Below are positions 1-12,600 of a stretch of 64,000 nucleotides of DNA, one piece after another. How positions within the stretch are numbered: position 1 is the stretch's first letter; every line of letters starts with the position of its first letter. The DNA lies in assembly GCA_965153455.1 (NCBI GenBank), contig OZ234494.1, forward strand, positions 7,998,001 through 8,062,000, written 5' to 3'. The position numbers and the translations under genes are program-made. The notes beneath the pieces are model-generated. The model saw nothing but the letters and a program-made list of their open reading frames with translations, did not search any database and was not told the DNA's origin. This DNA comes from Sphagnum compactum. Its lineage: Eukaryota.

Positions 1-1683
1 TGAGAACACAATACCAAAGAAAACCATACCAATTGCACAATGCAAGTTCTTGGTGAGATTCTGGAGTTTCCTAGAGTCAAGATTACTACTATGGTAATCT
101 TTTTCATTCAATCATGTGTGCAAGATGTCAAGTCTTGCACAGGGAAACATCTCAAATGTGTATAAATTAGATGCAATTGTTTTGCCCTGAGAGAAAGATG
201 TAGGCATAGGTGTGATTCATGGAGTGAAGATCAGTTCAGCAGCTTATCAAGGACGATGGACCTGATCACAGCTTATCACAGACTCCATGATCAACTCAAT
301 GACTCCCAAGGAATGTGCAGATTTGGAGCTTCTTGCCAAGTCTCCTTCAAGAAGGAGATGTGTTGCACTTGGATCTGGAAGAACCCAAGAGCAGGTAAAT
401 GTTCTAAACTGTAGTGTCACAGATTTTTCAGATGCTTATGCGGATGAAGAATCTGGCAAATGTGATGCAAGAGGCAGTTCAATCCCTGGCTTGGAATTAG
501 GCTCGGAGGACCCACATAGTGGACAATCAAAGGCAAAACCAGGCACAGCGAAAAGGAAGAAGAGCAGCTGGGGATTTCAATCCTGGTTCATCAGCTCAGG
601 AGCAGAGGAAGTGCTGTTCCAAAAGGATTTGGTGCCAAAAAATGAACAAAGAGAGGTGATGTCCTTCTAACCCACATCTTCCATTTCTATTCCACATATT
701 TCCAATGTTGTCAACTCAAGCAAGAGTTCAAGAGGGAGAAGGGCTGCAATGATATTTGATGATAGTATAATAAGGAAAATGTTTCCATTTTCAAAGGGTC
801 ATGACTGTTGAGTATGAACTAGCACACCACCAAACCCCTATCTCCTCCAACTGTTGGATAACCTTCCTTTTCAGTGACCATCCCCATGCTTACACCTTTC
901 CTCTTGAACCTGGGCTGGCTGAGCAAATCACAACCTAGGAAGAAGAGGTTGAACACAAATTGATTACCTAGCGCATTATTGCACCTTATGTAGGAAAGTA
1001 TAAAACCTTGCGATGTGCCCAGCAGAATCTACATACCAACATACTTGGAAGAGAAAAATAACATGCTAGAGTGAACATAACATTAGATAAAAATGTGGAG
1101 GAAGAAGATATAATGGCAGTGTCAAGCATTATATGCACATAATTTTCTCTTCTCAACATTATCTAAATTTTGCTTTCAAAACTCAAGCTCATGACTTGTA
1201 TTATTGCACCATGGTTCAAAACTGAAGCACCTTATGAGATCATCCCAATTCAACTACTGTTGTGAACTTTGTGTGTATCGCAGATCTTGTAAGAATGTGT
1301 GTGAATTGAGTCTTTTTCGCAGCAACACTACCCAACTTGACTCAATGCTAATATACTGCAGACCTCTCAAATGCATCATGTTGTAATCTGCCAGCCTAAT
1401 AGTGAACTATATATATATATAAATATATCCATTGTTGCTGATTGTAATATATAACAGTGGGAATGGCACGAAAGTGATGGAAATTAGATATAAACCTTTT
1501 GATGAGCTTTGAAGATTATGACCTAGCATCAACTAGTGATGATGAACTCAGGGCCTCTTTCTTAGCCAGCTCATCTAAGATGATTGCTTCTGTATCCAAT
1601 TTCTGCTGAAACTATGCTGGACCAGTGTTGTACAGGTCGAGAGATCACACTTTTGGTGTTAAGTTGGTTCAAGCCATGTAAAC

Positions 1684-2370
1684 ATGGAAGACTCTAGTCA
1701 AGAAGACAACCCAGGGCCAGGAGCATATAGTCCAGTTGACAAACTCACTGCCCCAACAGCACCAGCTTACTCATTGCCTGCACGATTGAACACACATCAA
1801 CCCAATTCCAATCCTGGACCTGGAACATACAATCTAAGAGAACGCTTCAAGGAAGGACCGGCATACTCTATTGCAGGAAGGAGAAGTACACACCAAAAAG
1901 ACTCTACTCCTGGCCCAGGTACATACCATGACAATGTGGACTTCGCCAAAAGTTCTCCTCCTAGCTACAGCCTTGCTGATAGATTAAACACACACCAAGA
2001 ACCCAAAACCCCGGGTCCTGGAACTTACAGTCCTCATCCGAATTCACATGGTCCAAGTTACTCTCTTGGACAGCGAATGGGAGTTTCATCTAAGAACACA
2101 AATCCTGGACCGGGGGCATACAATCTTCATGGATCACCAGGTGCTCCAGCATACTCAATGGCACAAGCTTTGAAGAAGCAAGGAGTGGAAGACTCACCAG
2201 GGCCGGGAGCATACAATTTAGCAACAAAATCTTCAGCACCTCAATACACTATGGGTGCAAGGTTCTATCGATGGTGCCAACGTCAAAAATCTAACCCTCA
2301 ACAAAAAGGCAAGAAACCTACAACATCAGCTTCAAATGAAAGTACAAGTGGATCCAAGTCACCTAAGTAG
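1684..2370 (+). CDS. Sperm-tail PG-rich (SHIPPO-rpt / ODF3-like) repeat protein, 228 aa; probable axonemal microtubule-associated protein
   Basis: Six [N/T/S]PGPG[A/T]Y motifs, each followed by a P-x-Y-S/T-hydrophobic segment, the SHIPPO repeat pattern. ATG at 1684. A splice-acceptor-like TACAG ends at 1635, but an in-frame TAA lies between it and the ATG, so that exon portion is probably 5' UTR. Confidence 0.85.
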   Translation: MEDSSQEDNPGPGAYSPVDKLTAPTAPAYSLPARLNTHQPNSNPGPGTYNLRERFKEGPAYSIAGRRSTHQKDSTPGPGTYHDNVDFAKSSPPSYSLADRLNTHQEPKTPGPGTYSPHPNSHGPSYSLGQRMGVSSKNTNPGPGAYNLHGSPGAPAYSMAQALKKQGVEDSPGPGAYNLATKSSAPQYTMGARFYRWCQRQKSNPQQKGKKPTTSASNESTSGSKSPK

Positions 2371-2638
2371 AGAAAAGGTGGATATGGATTTTGCATTACC
2401 ATCAAAATAACAAAATGCTTGTTTCCTCTTGCATTCTATCATGCTTTTTTGTACACCAAATGATGGAGTGTTGCAAGAGAAAACAACAACATCCAAGTCA
2501 ATCCAAACAACAATTTGCAATTGGAAAGTTGGTAGTTGGGAAGAATAATCATTAACAAACTCAAAATATTTGATTACAAAGGAAAGCTACAAAGAGTGGA
2601 ATTAAATATTGGAAATCTATGATGAATTTAAGCAAAGT

Positions 2639-2852
2639 TTTGTGTAATCTTGCAAGAGGAATTTTCATGCTTGATCATATGCAACATTAAAGATTTGTGT
2701 AATCTTGCAAGAGGATGTTGCATGCTTGATCATATGCAATGCTAAATATTTGTGTAGTCTTGCAAGAGGATGTTTCATGCTTGATCATACGCAACATTAG
2801 AGGTATATGTAATCTTGCAAGGGGATGTTTCATGCTTGATCATGTGCAACAA
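2639..2852. repeat. Minisatellite, ~4 copies of a 55-bp unit
   Basis: CTTGCAAG recurs at 2649, 2704, 2759 and 2814, each followed by ...CATGCTTGATCAT. Confidence 0.95.
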
Positions 2853-3249
2853 TGATTTTTGCATATGTATGAGCAAACTTCAAGGTTAAATCATGTGCAT
2901 CACATTGGAGCTCTAGTTTGAGAAGACAAACTCCCAAAATGCACTCACCAAGTGAAGAAGTGACAAGTTGACAAACATGTGTAGTTTTGTGCAATGATGA
3001 TCCCATTTGCATGCAATGAGATGAATAAACTAATGTATTATCATTCGTGTTATTGGAATTGTCTTTGTTAATGAGTACCCTAGAGGTCAATCTAGCCTTC
3101 TCTCTTGCTCTTTGACCCCATTCTAAAAAGCAAGTCATATATGTTATGTGGAAGTGGGTAGAATAATTCGTCCATCAATCAAGTTTCATAGCTAAGTTTC
3201 AACTCATTAATGACAACAAATTGACAATGCTAAACCAATTTTTGAAAGC

Positions 3250-3530
3250 CTAGTTTGTGCTTTCGCCAGCCTTTTTTTGGTTGGTTATATATAGCCAAAA
3301 AGCTATACTGAAAATTAAAAGTGCTAAAATCAAGTTCTTTTTTCGATTTTCAATAAGAAAAAAATTCAACCAAAATTTAAGAAAAATCTCAAAATTTTTA
3401 CACATGGTTCAAATATGTACCCAAAAATATAGATGGAATAATTCTACTTTCATATTTGGCTTGTAGCCAAATTTGGCTAAATCTTCATGTGGATCATCAA
3501 CAATTTGACCACATTGCGAAATTGACAAAA
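3250..3530. repeat. Dispersed short repeat with perfect 16-bp palindrome TAGCCAAATTTGGCTA (copy 1)
   Basis: Palindrome at 3464-3479. The same palindrome with homologous flank in inverted orientation is at 61248-61263, and a variant lies near 46756. Outer boundaries approximate. Confidence 0.7.
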
Positions 3531-6500
3531 AAAAAACTACCTTTCACACAAATGCTATATTATTTCATTTGTTACCGCAGTACCTTTACTTTTTGAAATA
3601 GTCCATGTGATTTTTAGTTTTTTTCCATTTTCTCACTTCGGCCTTACGATCACAAATTTTTCAAAAATTCGGATATTATAGTAAAAATAATAAAATAATA
3701 ATTCAGCATATTATTGCAAATTGGTACTTATGTAGTTATATATGTATTAATAAGTAAGTAGTTTAAATGTTGTTAAATTAAACCCTCAAAAAATGATTAA
3801 GCCATTTATGATGATCTAAAGCAGGTATTGATTTCGAATAAATACTTATTATTGGAATTCACATGTGATGGTTAAGATCAAAGGTGCTTGTGGACAAATG
3901 AACACAGTGATACATAAATTTCGGAACTTTAAAATTAAGTTTTAAAAACTTTCGATAGGGCAGATAGTAAAGTTTTTGAAAATTTGAATTTATTATTATT
4001 ATTTTAATTATGGCCAAAATGGTAAAGGTACTATTATGGTATATGAAAAAGATGGGAAGGTGGTTCATTAATGAGAACACCCAATAATTTTGGAATATCT
4101 TTAATGCTTTTACTAACCTATTATGGAAGTACCTATATGTATGACCACAATCACATATAGCCCCAATTTCAGGGTACTTGATTTTACAATAGGTACATAT
4201 TGGTACTTCTATTAATAAGATGGGGGGTTGCCTATCAAGTTATTTTTTTCTTTTTTTGGTTGCAAATGAGCCCATTTGATTTGCCATCACCAAAAACCAA
4301 AAAAAAGAAAGAAATCAAATCAAATTTCCTTACAATAGTAGTTTCTATGTGAAGATGGAGTGCTTCCTCAACCTTTTTTTTTGAGTGTTCAACCTTTTCT
4401 TTGAGTGTTGCAATGAGCCATTTGATGTACCCATCACAAAAAAAGAAAAAAAAACCTATTCAAACCTTTGGAGGCTTTCCAAAGAAAAGTTTATATTGGA
4501 AGATTGAGTGATTTCCCTTTGGCCAAGCTATATAGGTGAAAGGAGGACAAATTTGAGCAAAGCATATGGGATAAAAGCATGATGATATTGGGCATATCTT
4601 GGGGAACACAACAACAAACAATTGCGTTGTTCTAGTTTTCTTTTGGTTTGGTTTAGTTTAGTTTTTTGTTGTTGTTGCAATGCAAAAAAATGCCAAATAA
4701 GAAAACATGATGATGATGCGCATGATTATAAACAACCTATGAACTAAATGCAAGTTCCTTCAAGAATGGTTAGCACTTGTATTGACAATGGCAAGCTATG
4801 TGATTTATAGCATGCATTGTGAAAATTTCACTACAACTATCACATTATTAAATTAATAAATAAAATGAACAATAAAAAAAGGCTAAAATATTTGGTACAC
4901 TATTGGATGGTGAGTGGATAAAATCTAGAGAACTTATGAGTTCTTAAGTTTATAAATTGGTTGCGTTCATGTCTAAACACACAATGATTTTTTTTTTCAA
5001 ATATGGATTGATGATTGGAATGAGATGTCAACCCATCATATGTTCCATGTATCAAACATATATAGTGAGAATCATATACCAATATAGGTTATTTGCACAA
5101 GATGAATTTGAGAGTAATGGAAACCCAAGTTACAATGACTCAATATATTGTCTAAATCCAAGTGCTAGGTAAAAGTCAAATTAACGCCAAGTAGTTAGGG
5201 GGACTTTACATGGAATGGGACATGTAATAATCTTATGGTCACATGTAAAATATACATTTTTCATTCCTTTACATTTTTGTCACGTGTGACTAAAATTTTG
5301 AATCAATGAAATATGTTATAAAATGTTGTGTATCACCGACTTATCTAGTGGTTGTTATTAGTGACAACAAATAACAAAAATAAACTTAGGATATAAAGGG
5401 TTGTATTAAATAGGTGAAGGGCTAGGGTTGTAATGACGATGCAAGTGGTGTATGTATTGTGTTGCAATAGTGGAGCAAAATTAAGCTTCCTAGATTTCAA
5501 ATCCCTTTTAGAATTTGTGTCAAAAAGCAACACCATCTTGGCCCACACAAATTTTCTCTTTTTCAAGAAATGATGGTTGGAGGGTGTCAAATGACCTTTC
5601 CTAAAGGTAGGATCATTTGACTAACTCAAATAAACTTTATGTAAAAAGAATATTTGTTGAAGAAAGTAAGAAAAAGTGATCACAAAATTGTTATATAGTG
5701 CTTTAGGAGGACCCACAAGGGTTATGATGTACCTCAATGTTATACTAAACAACATTGGAACAAAGTCTTCAACAAGAAGAAGTTTATAATTGATTTTAAA
5801 GTTTCATTAGATGGGGCAACTTCAATAGATGATTATTGAATACTAATTATTTTTGAAAATTCCATGTTAAAAAAAAAAATTGTATCTTGGAAGATAATTT
5901 ATTTTCCTTCACCGACTTTGATCCTTTGAAACAAGCATTAAAAAATGTTTGTACAAATAATATAATTAGTGGCCAAGATGTCAAGGTACTACAATACTCT
6001 TAACAAATTGAAAAATAATCCAAAGTTTTCAAACATATTTTTTTAGAAGTACCTTTTTAAAAATAAAAAAAACATCCATAGGACCAATATCACGATAACT
6101 TAGAAAGAAAAATCAAACAATAATGTAACAAGTAAACCTAGAAGATTTGGGTTACATGGGATTGCATGATTATAAAGTAAGGTAATATAGCTTTTGTTGT
6201 TGCAAAATGTAAGTTACTTTTTCTTTTGACTTTGGAAAAAGGGGGTGAAAAAACCTTGTTTATCATGTAGGTGTTTTTCCACAGGATGTGGGTACTTTTG
6301 AGACACATGCAAGTGAAGCAAAAAATGAGGAATTCATCAATGTTGTGCATGTATATGATTTTTGATATAACAATAGTGTAAGTGTGTAATTTTAGACATG
6401 TACGTGTAGAATTGTGTAAAGTTATTTGATCTCGTGTAAAACAAGGTAAGTCTAAGTGTAAAACAAAAAAGTAACACATACATTTATACAATTTTTACAC

Positions 6501-8989
6501 ATAGTGAAAACTTTAAACCCAAAACTTGGCTTGTCTATGTAAAGCCAATATTTTTTATCAATTGGGATTCATGAGTGGTATATATAGGTTTCAATATTTA
6601 TACTAATACATGTGGATGAAGAGGCATGGGTACCGTTCATTAGGAGGCAAGGAGCCAAGAAAGACCTAATCACTTAGGAACAAAGGTTTTCTTTTTCATT
6701 TGACAGTAAGTTTAAATCCTCCAAGTTCGAATTCCCTTGTTCACTTGCCATAGTTTACACATAAAACCAAAACATGAAACATGCAATTTTTCTTTCATTT
6801 TCATTCTTGTAAAATAAACCATTCATAAACTAGAATCAAATTCTTGTACATTCCGTGGAAAGAAAACACAAAGAGGAAATGGAATATATGCATTTACAAA
6901 GGGTATAGTGATCATTTTCCCCACAAAAAAATAATTTTCATAACAATATGGGGGTATTACACCTCCCACTACCATGGAAGATTATATTGGTTTACAAAAA
7001 AAAACATATCAATGCACCTCGCATTATCATTGATGACTATAGGCAAAATCACAACAAAAGCAAGATGACAAGAGGTGGAGTTCCTTTGAAACAATGTGTT
7101 GATGAAACTTGCAAACAATGTTAGGAGTTGCAAAACAACCACAACATCACCACCTACATTTGTGAAAAATTGTTGATGAAAAGGATCAATATGAAGGAAC
7201 TCACCCTACAAAGGGAATTGGGAAATAACCACAAGAAAAAGGAGTGCAAAATGACAACAAAGGTAATGAGTAGGTGTGAGAAGCTCACTTAAAATGGGTT
7301 GTTGAAGCTTGTAATGACGCAAAAAATTGCAACATGACGATATCTTGCAAAGTCCTTTTCATTGTGTTTTTGTGAACTCCCCCATGCTACTCCCCTTTAT
7401 CTAAATTGTTTATACGTGTAATTATTGATATGCATATCTCATTGTTTATTGTGGTCATTATCCATTCATTCATTCATTCTCTCACAAAAGATTAAAGTTT
7501 GTAATAGAATGAGGGTATGGAATTGTTATTTACACTTATAGAAGCATGGTCAAATATGCCAACAAGGGATACTTGATTTTTTGGTGGAAAGTACCCATAA
7601 ATCAACCCTCAACAAATTGAACTCATGAATATTTTTATTTTAATGATCAATAAGAGGAATTTTTTGACTTCATTGCATAACATTGAAAATTTTCATGTTT
7701 TAATATTCATTCAAATACACTTTTAAAAATACAAATATATAAAAATATGTGTCTTGTTTTTGCTTGAAATACATGAAAATATGATGAAAGTACAATTGTA
7801 ATTGGATATATGCATAATATTTTTAGAAGAAATCTTGCTCTTATCAACCAAGGTTTCTTGATTGTTTTGCAATTGCTATTTCAATTAATTAATCTTAGAA
7901 TTGAAATTGGTGCAATCCTTTGTGGCACCCCAAGTGCAAGTGCTTATAATTGCATTTTCAACTACATGATGAACTTTGCAATTTTAAATGTGATTATGTG
8001 TTGTGCATGTGATATGAATTGGATGAGAGCAAGATGAAAGTTAGCTACTATCAACCATGTTTAATGGCATTCAATAGTTCGATGATTATTGAATTGTTTC
8101 TATACTAGGACATGTGATTAAGTTCACTTTAGGATTTTCTATATTTTGAGTGAACTAGAATCGTACTCAAAGTGATTAGCCCCCCTAGTGAATGGATTAT
8201 GAACATAATGATTTCATTAACACTTAGTTGAATAAGAAATCTACATGTGCCAATGAAATTTGATGAAAATTAAAGTTTAAAAAATTGTAGTGTTAGTATT
8301 ATGATTAGTCATATTTGAAAGTCACAAATATATTAGCCCTGGCTCTAGCCAACAACAAGCTTGCGTTTTAGTGCATGTTGTGTATGTATGCATATTCCAT
8401 TGAGGTCCATTTTACCATGTCATGCTCCAACTCTAGGCTCTCTAAGGCACAAGCTCATATCACAATTGGTTCCACTTGGTCACCACAATGTCAATACCTT
8501 CCACATGATGCAAGGCGGTGATAGCGAAGGCTATATTTCATCAAACACAATGGATGTGTACCACTCGACAAAGAGAAGAAAAAGAGTTGGTACTTGCAGG
8601 CCCAATTAAGGTCTGCATTTTGGCAATGCCCTCCAAGGGCATTAAAATGATGTAAAGCTCGATTGTCTGCCTAATCAAGGGAGGTTGATGGCCCTGTTGC
8701 ACCACCCTTATACAGCTGGCTTTTATGTCATACAGAGCGCATTATCAGTTTCAAAATGGCCACCCTTAAAATGTAAAGTGCCTCCTCTGATCTGAGACAA
8801 TATTCTGCTCTGGATTGGTGTCACAATGAAATTTTTGGAGTACTTTTCATATGGGACACAATCCCTAATGGGTGATGTAGGATTAGCCAGATGAAGAAGA
8901 AACATTCCATGCTACGGCCCATTCATGAAGTCTGTGTGTATAGTGGAGCCATTTATTTGAGATTTAGTTATTAGTGGATAATGTGGATG

Positions 8990-9110
8990 CAGTTCATTAG
9001 TCCTCATTCACTACATCAGTGAATTCATTGTATCTTGTTAAGTCTTGTTCACTACGAATAGTGAATTCACTCAAAATCCATTGAAATCTTTGACATACAT
9101 GGACACCTTT
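8990..9110 (+). repeat. Dispersed ~120-bp repeat (MITE-like fragment), copy 1
   Basis: AGTTCAyTAGTCC...TTCACTA...AGTGAATT...CTCAAAATC...TGAAATC is collinear with 30280-30402. Confidence 0.65.
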
Positions 9111-11099
9111 AGATGTAACTAAGTACATAAAACTTATGCGAGGAAGTTATACTAAATGAGGAACCTTTATCTCACAGACCTCACCCCCAAATTTTTGGAA
9201 AAACTTCAGTATTTTGCTATGCCAACTATGTGCTTTTCAGAAAAGGAAGATGCCATCGTATTACATTCTTTAGTCCCTTGCTCATGAGATATCTGGAATG
9301 GAAAAGCACAAGGGGTCAAAATTTGCTCAAAACCCGTCTTCAAGCAATCCCTAGGGTTTTGATCCCTAGGGTTTTCTCTTTTCCAACCTTTGAGACTTCG
9401 AGCAATTTTGAACTTCACAAGTTCACAATGTTTGTGGCAGCGCACTTTTTGGTTGTAACAAAATCCTTGACATGCATATTATATGTTGCCTTTTTGGGGC
9501 CAGAGTGAACAAGCACCTGCTAGTGCACCATCCATTGGATGCCCGTTATGACTCAGTTCTGGATGAACCTCAACTGAGTTAATATCTCTGGTTTCACCTT
9601 TGTAACCCATTCTGGAAGAAGTAGGTTCGACATATAGGTAGATAGGTAGGACCTATATGTAAAACTATAGGTGACTGTAACCCAAATACATGGTTTATAC
9701 TTTACATAGGAAAGGGCTGCTTTTACTACTTACCTACTGATAACCTGTTTGCTGGTTGTTAGTGCGGAGGTAGTAAAAGCAGCAACTGAGCTAACCACCA
9801 TGGTTACATATGGAACTGAAGCCCAACAGAGAAATGCTCGGGATCACTTACAGTCCATCCATGGTGCATCTGGTGCCGCAGGTTTGGTTGCATTGACATA
9901 TTGCAATGCAACACGGCCTTTGAAGAAGTTAGGCCATGTTTGTGCATAAAGAGAAAAACAAAGGACCCACATAAAGGCACTAGCACCCTTTTTCTTTGGA
10001 TTGTCACACAAATCATGGAGATGGTGTGGCCTATTGCACGTACACTTGAATAAGAGATAAGATGATAAAGAAAGAAACCCATGCACATCACAAAAAGTCA
10101 GACCTTGAACTCTAGACCCACACTCCTTAAAATACCATAAAAGATGAGACTTAATATGTTAGAGCATCCCTAGTGGCAAGGAATAAATTGCTTTGCATTG
10201 ATAATCTTGGATGAGATGTAGTAGTCCCATCCAATGGGCCCATGGGGAGACTAGGTAGGCCGGGTTGGAAAAAATGCACATCTTTTGGAGGCCTGCAAGA
10301 ACCTTGCAAGAGTCTAATAACTACGATTTGACTACTGATCTCAATTTTTGATTGGCCAATCATAATGATTAGTTCCCGTGCTTTGACATTAACAGTTTGC
10401 GACCTTTTTCAGTCCCACTTTTAAGATTTACCAGTGAGGCTTGAGAAACTGGAAGCTCCTAGAAGTGAGATGTACAATTTGTGGCCCAAATGCTGATAAT
10501 GGGTGAGTATGCTCTCAATTATCAAAAAACACGAATACAAATTAGTGGAGGGTAAACAAAACTGGAATGTTGAACACCCAAAAGGCATAGAGGGTTTTGA
10601 GAGGGATGACCACTGGCCACCCATCATAATAGCACAAGATGGGCTTGAGTGACCCAGCACCCATCAGTGCACCATCCAAAAAATCCCGTTCTGGGATTTC
10701 ATGGATGGGATGAAGTGTCCCCCAGGGGTCAGTTTATTTGGTCAGTAGTTTTTTTTTTTCCTCTCAAACATTTTTTTTTGGGAGTTCACTGTTTTTTCTC
10801 CCAGGCTCACTTCGGTTTAATTTTTTTTTCCCATCACCCTTAACACCATTTTTTTTTTTGGGCAACTCCTACCTACCCCTTCAACCTACCTACCGCCCTT
10901 CCTCCTACCAGCCCATCTACCTCTCTCATTCTACTCACCCCTCTTTTGTGCTTGTGCTCCCCTCCATCACTAGCACTTGAGATTTAGTGGGATCATGGTT
11001 TAAGGTTGTAGAGCTTTGAGTCTCCAAAGCTTGAAAGGAGTGAGGAGATAGGCTTGGAAGAGCTTCATCTACATGGATTTTTGTAGAGTGTGCTACAAG

Positions 11100-12600
11100 G
11101 TAAGCTCCCCTCCCTTTGTTGTTTTTTCTTTTTTTTTGTTGCAACTCACCTTAAAGCGCGAAGAGGAGGAGGAGGATGCACTCAAGTGCATCATTGTCAT
11201 TTGTTGTTTTGTTGTAGTGCAACTACACGAAGAGGATGACAATGTGAAAATGTTCCCAGTGTTGTTTTTGTTTTTTTGGCTATAGCTCAACGTAGAATGC
11301 AAAGAGGAGGAGGAGGACGATGACATGCTCTCACATCATCGTTGTTTATTATTGTTTTGTTGCAGCACAGTTGCGCGAAGAGGATGACAACGAGGGAGTG
11401 TTTTTGCATTGTCATTTTTTTTTGCTACAATTTAGCACATAGCGCAAAGAGGAGGATGACAATGTGCTCAACCATGTCATCATCGTCTATTGTTTTGTTA
11501 TATCGCAGTTGTGCAAAGAGGATGACAACATGAAAATGTTTCGACATCATTTATTTTTTGGGGTTACAACTCACCAAAGAGCACAAAAAGGATCAGGACA
11601 ATGCATTCAAGCACATCGTCATCATCTATTGTTTTGTTGCAACGCAGTTGCTCGAAGAGAACAACGATGCGAAAACATTCCCATGTCGTTTTTTTTTGTT
11701 GCAGCTCACCTTAGAGTGCAATGACGAAGGAGACGACATGTTCAAGCCATCATCATCATTTGTTGTTTTGTTACAATGTAACTGCATGAAAAGGACGATG
11801 ATGAGGGAGCATTTTTGTGTCCCATGTCATTGTTTGTTGTTTTGTTATAGTTTGATGGAGAGCGTGAAGAGGAGGAGGAGGAGGAAGGCTTGTCGTGCAT
11901 CATTGTCGTTTAATGTTTTGTTACAATGCAATTATGCAAAGAGATGATGATGTGAAAACGTTCCCGCATTGTCGTTATTTTTCTTTTTATGTTGCAGTGC
12001 AATGCAAAGCACGATGAGGAAGACAATGATTATGATGCGCTTAAACACATCATCATCATTTGTTGTTTTGTTGCAGCGTAGTTACACAAAGAGGACGACG
12101 ATGCAGAAATGTTCTTACATTGTCATTATTTTTGTTATTGTTGTAAAGCATGAAAAGGAGGACGATGATAATGACGCATTTAAGCACATCATTGTTGTTT
12201 GTTGTTTTGTTACACTTTAGCTACGCAAAGAGGATGATGATGTGGGAGCATTCCCATGTCGTTGTTGGTTTTTTTTTGTTATAGCTCATTACAAAGTGCG
12301 AAGAGGAAGAAGATGACAATGACATGCTTAAACACATCGTCATCATCTATTGTTTTGCTATAGTGCAGCTATGCAAAAAGGACAACGATGGAAGAATGTT
12401 CTTGGATTGTTTTTTCTGTTGCAACTTAGTGCAAAACACAAAGAAGAGGAGGAGGAGGATGATGCATTCAAGCGCGTCATTGTCATATGACATAGGAACA
12501 TTGTTATGTCATCATTTTCTTTTTGTTGTAACACAATGGAAAGTGCAAAAAGGAGGACAATAACAATGATGCTTTGGAGCACTATGCCAAAACATGGCAT
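11100..12600 (+). repeat. Degenerate subterminal tandem array (GAAGAGGAyGAC...CATCGTC...TTGTTGTTTTGTTGCA units) in the left arm
   Basis: Motifs recur many times and are mirrored on the minus strand at ~23020-23830. The array accounts for the cluster of spurious overlapping ORFs here. Confidence 0.8.

Noticed and set aside
287-670. 127-aa ORF
   Set aside because: No recognisable domain or supported exon structure; it could be an exon or a chance ORF.
2639-2852. Regularly spaced repeats as a CRISPR array (also 15399-15745 and 27775-27986)
   Set aside because: Whole units repeat with no unique spacers, there are no cas genes, and the context is eukaryotic.
8340-10620. Protein-like fragments left of the large element, possibly continuous with 24399-24615
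   Set aside because: Multiple stops and no identifiable family; continuity across the insertion cannot be shown by eye.
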